From Macrostomum lignano (Eukaryota): a DNA stretch of 64,000 nt. Both the position numbers and the translations under genes were made by a program. The notes beneath the pieces were generated by a model. That model saw only the letters and a list, made by a program, of their open reading frames with translations, had not been told where the DNA came from and did no database searches. This document shows positions 59,069 to 64,000 of the stretch, in pieces. Positions within the stretch are counted from its first letter, which is position 1, and the number at the start of each line of letters is the position of its first letter. Location: positions 62,001-126,000 of the forward strand of contig NIVC01002106.1 of NCBI GenBank assembly GCA_002269645.1, written 5' to 3'.

Positions 59069-59572
59069 GGGGGGCCGTAGCCCGCATGGTCTAGCTCAGC
59101 GCTCTGGTGTGCCAGCAGTCCAGGTTCGATTCACACAAATTTGGGGGCTGAATTGGAATATCGGCTTGGCTCTGCTCGTGCTATTAACGCCCTTTGGAGG
59201 CCAACCACCAAGGTACGGTGAGGTGTACCGCTGTGCCGCTGTGCACTCCTGTGTGAGTGTGTGCCTGTGCGTATCACTGCGTACGTATCCGCGCGCTTGT
59301 GTGCCTGCTCAGGGCAGTCGGCGGAATGGGCAGTAATGCTTCTCGCCGGTTGTGTGACAATGTCGCTTAAACAGCTCCCTGCCTCTAATAAAAAGGCAAT
59401 TGTCACTGCAGGCAATTGTCACTGCAGGCAATTGTCACTGCAGGCAATTGTCACTGCAGGCAATTGTCACTGCAGGCAATTGTCACTGCAGGCAATTGTC
59501 ACTGCAGGCAATTGTCACTGCAGGCAATTGTCACTGCAGGCAATTGTCACTGCAGGCAATTGTCACTGCAGG
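59069..59572 (+). mobile_element. tRNA-derived SINE-like element with a 16-bp tandem-repeat tail
   Basis: The head GGGGCCGTAGCCCGCATGGT..GGTTCGATTC has A-box/B-box spacing. The body core is also found at ~2650-2750 and ~24910-24972 (minus strand). Tail is (GGCAATTGTCACTGCA)n at 59396-59572. Confidence 0.5.
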
Positions 59573-60994
59573 CGTCTCCTTGCTCTAGGCTGGGGAGAGC
59601 CAGGTGTGCTCAGCAGCAGCAACTCCTGTCAAGGGTAAAGAACAAAATGCTTTGCTGTTTTGAGAAGAAATGAGCCGGTGCATCCTGAGCTCCTCATTCG
59701 CATTGTTTCAAGCTGCCACTACAGAGAGACTCTTCACCTTCAGGCACGCTTCTTTTAGAATTTCAGGTGCCCTACTCAAAGAGGAAATAGCCCCATGCTC
59801 TTAGCTTCTATCGAGAGCCCCCTGGGTTTCCAAGGCATCAAGGCTCTGTGACCTATCACGTTTAGAAGGGCTTATATGACAAGATTATGAGCGGAGCTCA
59901 GATCATTCTTTCTATTCTCTGAAGCGACCGGCAGTCTGAATTCTTTCATTCTATCCCGACACAATACTATTGATATTATCGATATATAAATTATTCAAAG
60001 TTTGAGCTGTCAATCAAAACAAAACTAAAATTTTCCGCTGAAAGATCTGGCTCAAAGAAGTCAGCTGCAGTTACTCTTATAGAAAACTAATTCCGACTTG
60101 ACTTCCACACCAGATTCTGTACAATATCAGGTTGGCATTGGCCTTGTAAATCAAACCCTGGGAATTAGATAAAGTAGCCGAACAGCCCATAAGATCATAA
60201 AAATTTTGATTGTTGGGCATCGGCGCTGGAATTTTATGTGCCGTGGACTTCTAGATAAGAGACTATCTGGATTGCGAACATGGACAACTAAAGCAACCGA
60301 ATTTGTCTATGGCGAAACCTCATTTATAAAACGCAACTGAAAATTTTCCAGAACGCCTCGGAGATTCGCTTTGACTGCGAGATGAACAGACAGCCGCGCA
60401 ATTCGAGGCTGATGGAGAAAAACTTGGCCTTCCTTCCGTGGCCTTCAAAGGGGATGAATAAATCTCAGTTTGAAAGAATTTCCCAGCAGGAAAACCACTG
60501 TCAGAGCCCCTAAGCCGCTGCCGCACAATGGGAGGATACTAATACTAAAAATAATAATCTACTTTTATTGCTCCCCGGCCGGCGGATGCGCGGTGGGGAC
60601 TGATAGCAGATCCGGCAGTCTCCAGCTTCCCATCTTCATCTCTGCGCCAGCATCCCCAATCGACTGTTTTATTATTTTTCTTTTGCCTAAGAAGGTGCCG
60701 CCCAAATCTGCTACGTGACTTTCTATCCTGTAAGATTTATTCCCGGCTATTGCGCAATACTGAGGTAAACTGCAGGCGTGTGCTCGGGCCGCTCCTGGCC
60801 TCATCACGGACTGCGGAACAGCGGGGGGTCCGAACACAGGCTCTGTCCTTCCTGTCCTCGACTTGCTGCTTTTGCTTCTGGTTCGTGCAAAATGGTTGGG
60901 AAACTTTGCATAGAATTCTCCCAGTACAGTCGTCTGTGGATTTTTATACGAGCTGCTTTTTGAAGGTTTGTAGGGCAGAAAGAAGTTCACTGCC

Positions 60995-61716
<722 letters not shown>

Positions 61717-62239
61717 TGACAGGCACTGACAGGCAAAGACACAGAGCCTGACTACCTACCTGCAGGCGCATGCCATAGCCATAATGAGATTAATTAAGTC
61801 TCACCTGTGCCCTGAGTTTCTCAGTCGCAGCCGGGCTCAATCAGCAGCTACATCCGGTAGGTCGAAGCTCCGCAGTGAAAAAGCAGCCGCTGCACCGCTG
61901 ACTCGCAGCAGCCGATGCAGAAGGGGATTCACAGCAAATCCTGTCCATACACGAACCCTCATGAGAGTCTTTACTTCGGTAAGAATATGCGGCATGGCAT
62001 TAATAAGGAAGTGTGTGGGGATCGCCCTCCTGAACTCTCAGCAGCCAATGAGAATCGAGCGCTCACATCATTGGCCAGTCACTACTTTGGTTGATTCATT
62101 CATGCTGCTCCAGAGTCTCGTTCATTATTGCGCATGAGGCCCGACAGAAGCCAGTTTATCTTCTGCTTTGGATTTTCCAACTGTTTTATTGCTCTCATTT
62201 TCAAACTGTTCCGTTTTCTTTCTTCTCAACAAGTCTACC

Positions 62240-63560
62240 CCTGCTCTATCTCTGTTCTATCTTTCTCTATTCTATCGCTCTCTGTTCCATCTCTCTCTGT
62301 TCTATCTCTCTCTGTTCTATCTCTCTGTTCAATTTCTCTCTGTTCTATCTCTCTCTGTTCTATCACTCTCTGTTCTATCTCTCTCTTTTCTATCTCTCTC
62401 TGTTCTATCTCTCTCTGTTCTATCACTCTCTGTTCTATCTTTCTCCGTTCTATTTCTCTCTGTTCTATCTCTCTGTTCTATCTCTCTCTGTTATATCTCT
62501 CTGTTCTATCTCTTTCTGTTCCATCTCTCTGATCTATCTCTGTTCTCTCTGTTCTATCACTCTCTGATCTATCTCTCTATGTTCTATCTCTCTCTGTTCT
62601 ATCTCTCTCTGTTCTATCTCTCTCTTTTCTATCTCTCTCTGTTCTATCTCTCTCTTTTCTATCTCTCTCTGTTCTATCTCTCTCTTTTCTATCTCTCTCT
62701 GTTCTATCTCTCTCTGTTCTATCACTCTCTGTTCTATCACTCTCTGTTATATCACTCTGTTCTATCACTCTCTGATCTATCTCTCTATGTTCTATCTCTC
62801 TCTGTTCTATCTCTCTCTGTTCTATCTCTCTCTGTTCTATCACTCTCTGTTCTATCGCTCTATGTTCTATCTCTCTCTGTTCTATCTCTCTCTGTTCTAT
62901 CTCTCTCTGTTCTATCTCTCTCTGTTCTATCTCTCTCTTTTCTATCTCTCTCTGTTCTATCTTTCTCTGTTATATCACTCTGTTCTATCACTCTCTGATC
63001 TATCTCTCTGTGTTCTATCTCTCTCTGTTATATCACTCTGTTCTATCTCTCTCTGTTCTATCTCTCTCTTTTCTATCTCTCTCTGTTCTATCTCTCTCTT
63101 TTCTATCTCTCTCTGTTCTATCTCTCTCTGTTCTATCACTCTCTTTTCTATCTTTCTCTGTTATATCACTCTGTTCTATCACTCTCTGATCTATCTCTCT
63201 ATGTTCTATCTCTCTCTGTTCTATCTCTCTCTGTTCTATCTCTCTCTGTTCTATCACTCTCTGTTCTATCGCTCTATGTTCTATCTCTCTCTGTTCTATC
63301 TCTCTCTGTTCTATCTCTCTCTGTTCTATCTCTCTCTGTTCTATCTCTCTCTTTTCTATCTCTCTCTGTTCTATCTCTCTCTGTTCTATCACTCTCTTTT
63401 CTATCTTTCTCTGTTATATCACTCTGTTCTATCACTCTCTGATCTATCTCTCTGTGTTCTATCTCTCTCTGTTATATCACTCTGTTCTATCTCTCTCTGT
63501 TCTATCTCTCTGTTCTATCCTTCCCTGCTCTATCTCTTTCTCAGTTCTATTTCTCTCTGT
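62240..63560. repeat. 15-bp CT-rich minisatellite TCTCTCTCTGTTCTA
   Basis: Tandem units. Confidence 0.95.
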
Positions 63561-64000
63561 TCGATCTATATATATGTTCTCAGTTCTCTCTATAGTTAAT
63601 GTTATTTCTATATCTTTAATTGTCTTACCAAAGTTTCACACTCAATACTAAAATAATAAATCTGTGCAAGCCACATCAATTCACAACAGCAGCCGAAAAA
63701 CAATTAATGAACAAATATCAGTTCGAGACAGAGCTCAATTGCACAGCAAAAGCACTTGAATGAACACATGGTCACTCCGTGGGAACAACTGCGCTGTCTT
63801 AATAATTTGTTTTACTTTCTTAAGAATCAAACTTTCTGCCTTGCCCGTTGAAGCTTTCTAACTGACAGATGGCGCCTCGGAGCTTTGCAGGTTTTCTCTT
63901 GGGTGGGGGGGGGGTAATTGCAGAGTCTGCCTCTAGAGGCAAACGGGTCCGCTGATAATAAAATACTTTCGCGCCAGTGAATGCCGCGGTGGTGGCTTAC

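Noticed and set aside
59069-59140. Functional tRNA gene
   Set aside because: A/B boxes are present but I could not pair an acceptor stem or a clean anticodon arm; treated as a SINE head.

Overview
Eukaryotic (animal) genomic DNA, not prokaryotic. GC-rich exons are separated by introns filled with intron-specific mini/microsatellites. That style, the TTAGGG-type repeats and the protein set would fit a free-living flatworm such as Macrostomum (inference only). I reconstructed three spliced genes by hand with GT-AG sites and phase-consistent junctions. (1) SMC2 on the minus strand: 4 exons from ATG 13395, continuing off the left edge. (2) A DENND1/connecdenn-type Rab35-GEF homolog on the plus strand: 6 coding exons, 17263-25797, head-to-head with SMC2. 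(3) A 7-Ig + FN3 + TM adhesion receptor ending in ...RKIIYEVVV* (echinoid/nephrin-like) on the minus strand: 11 exons, 51262-28453, signal-peptide exon not located, tail-to-tail with DENND1. The AT-rich 5-17 kb zone holds nested DNA-transposon debris: a hAT C-terminal remnant split by a 2-kb foldback element, an internally deleted mariner with ~215-bp TIRs inside an older inverted-repeat element, a Helitron-like end, and interstitial TTAGGG tracts. Three exons each lack one base at a short G/C run, probably long-read consensus errors. The best leads are the inverted minisatellite arrays bracketing a frame-symmetric, clathrin-box-containing DENND1 exon, the foldback insertion, and a tRNA-headed SINE-like family. 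Most ORFs in the supplied track are translations of tandem repeats. No CRISPR array, rRNA or intact tRNA is supported.
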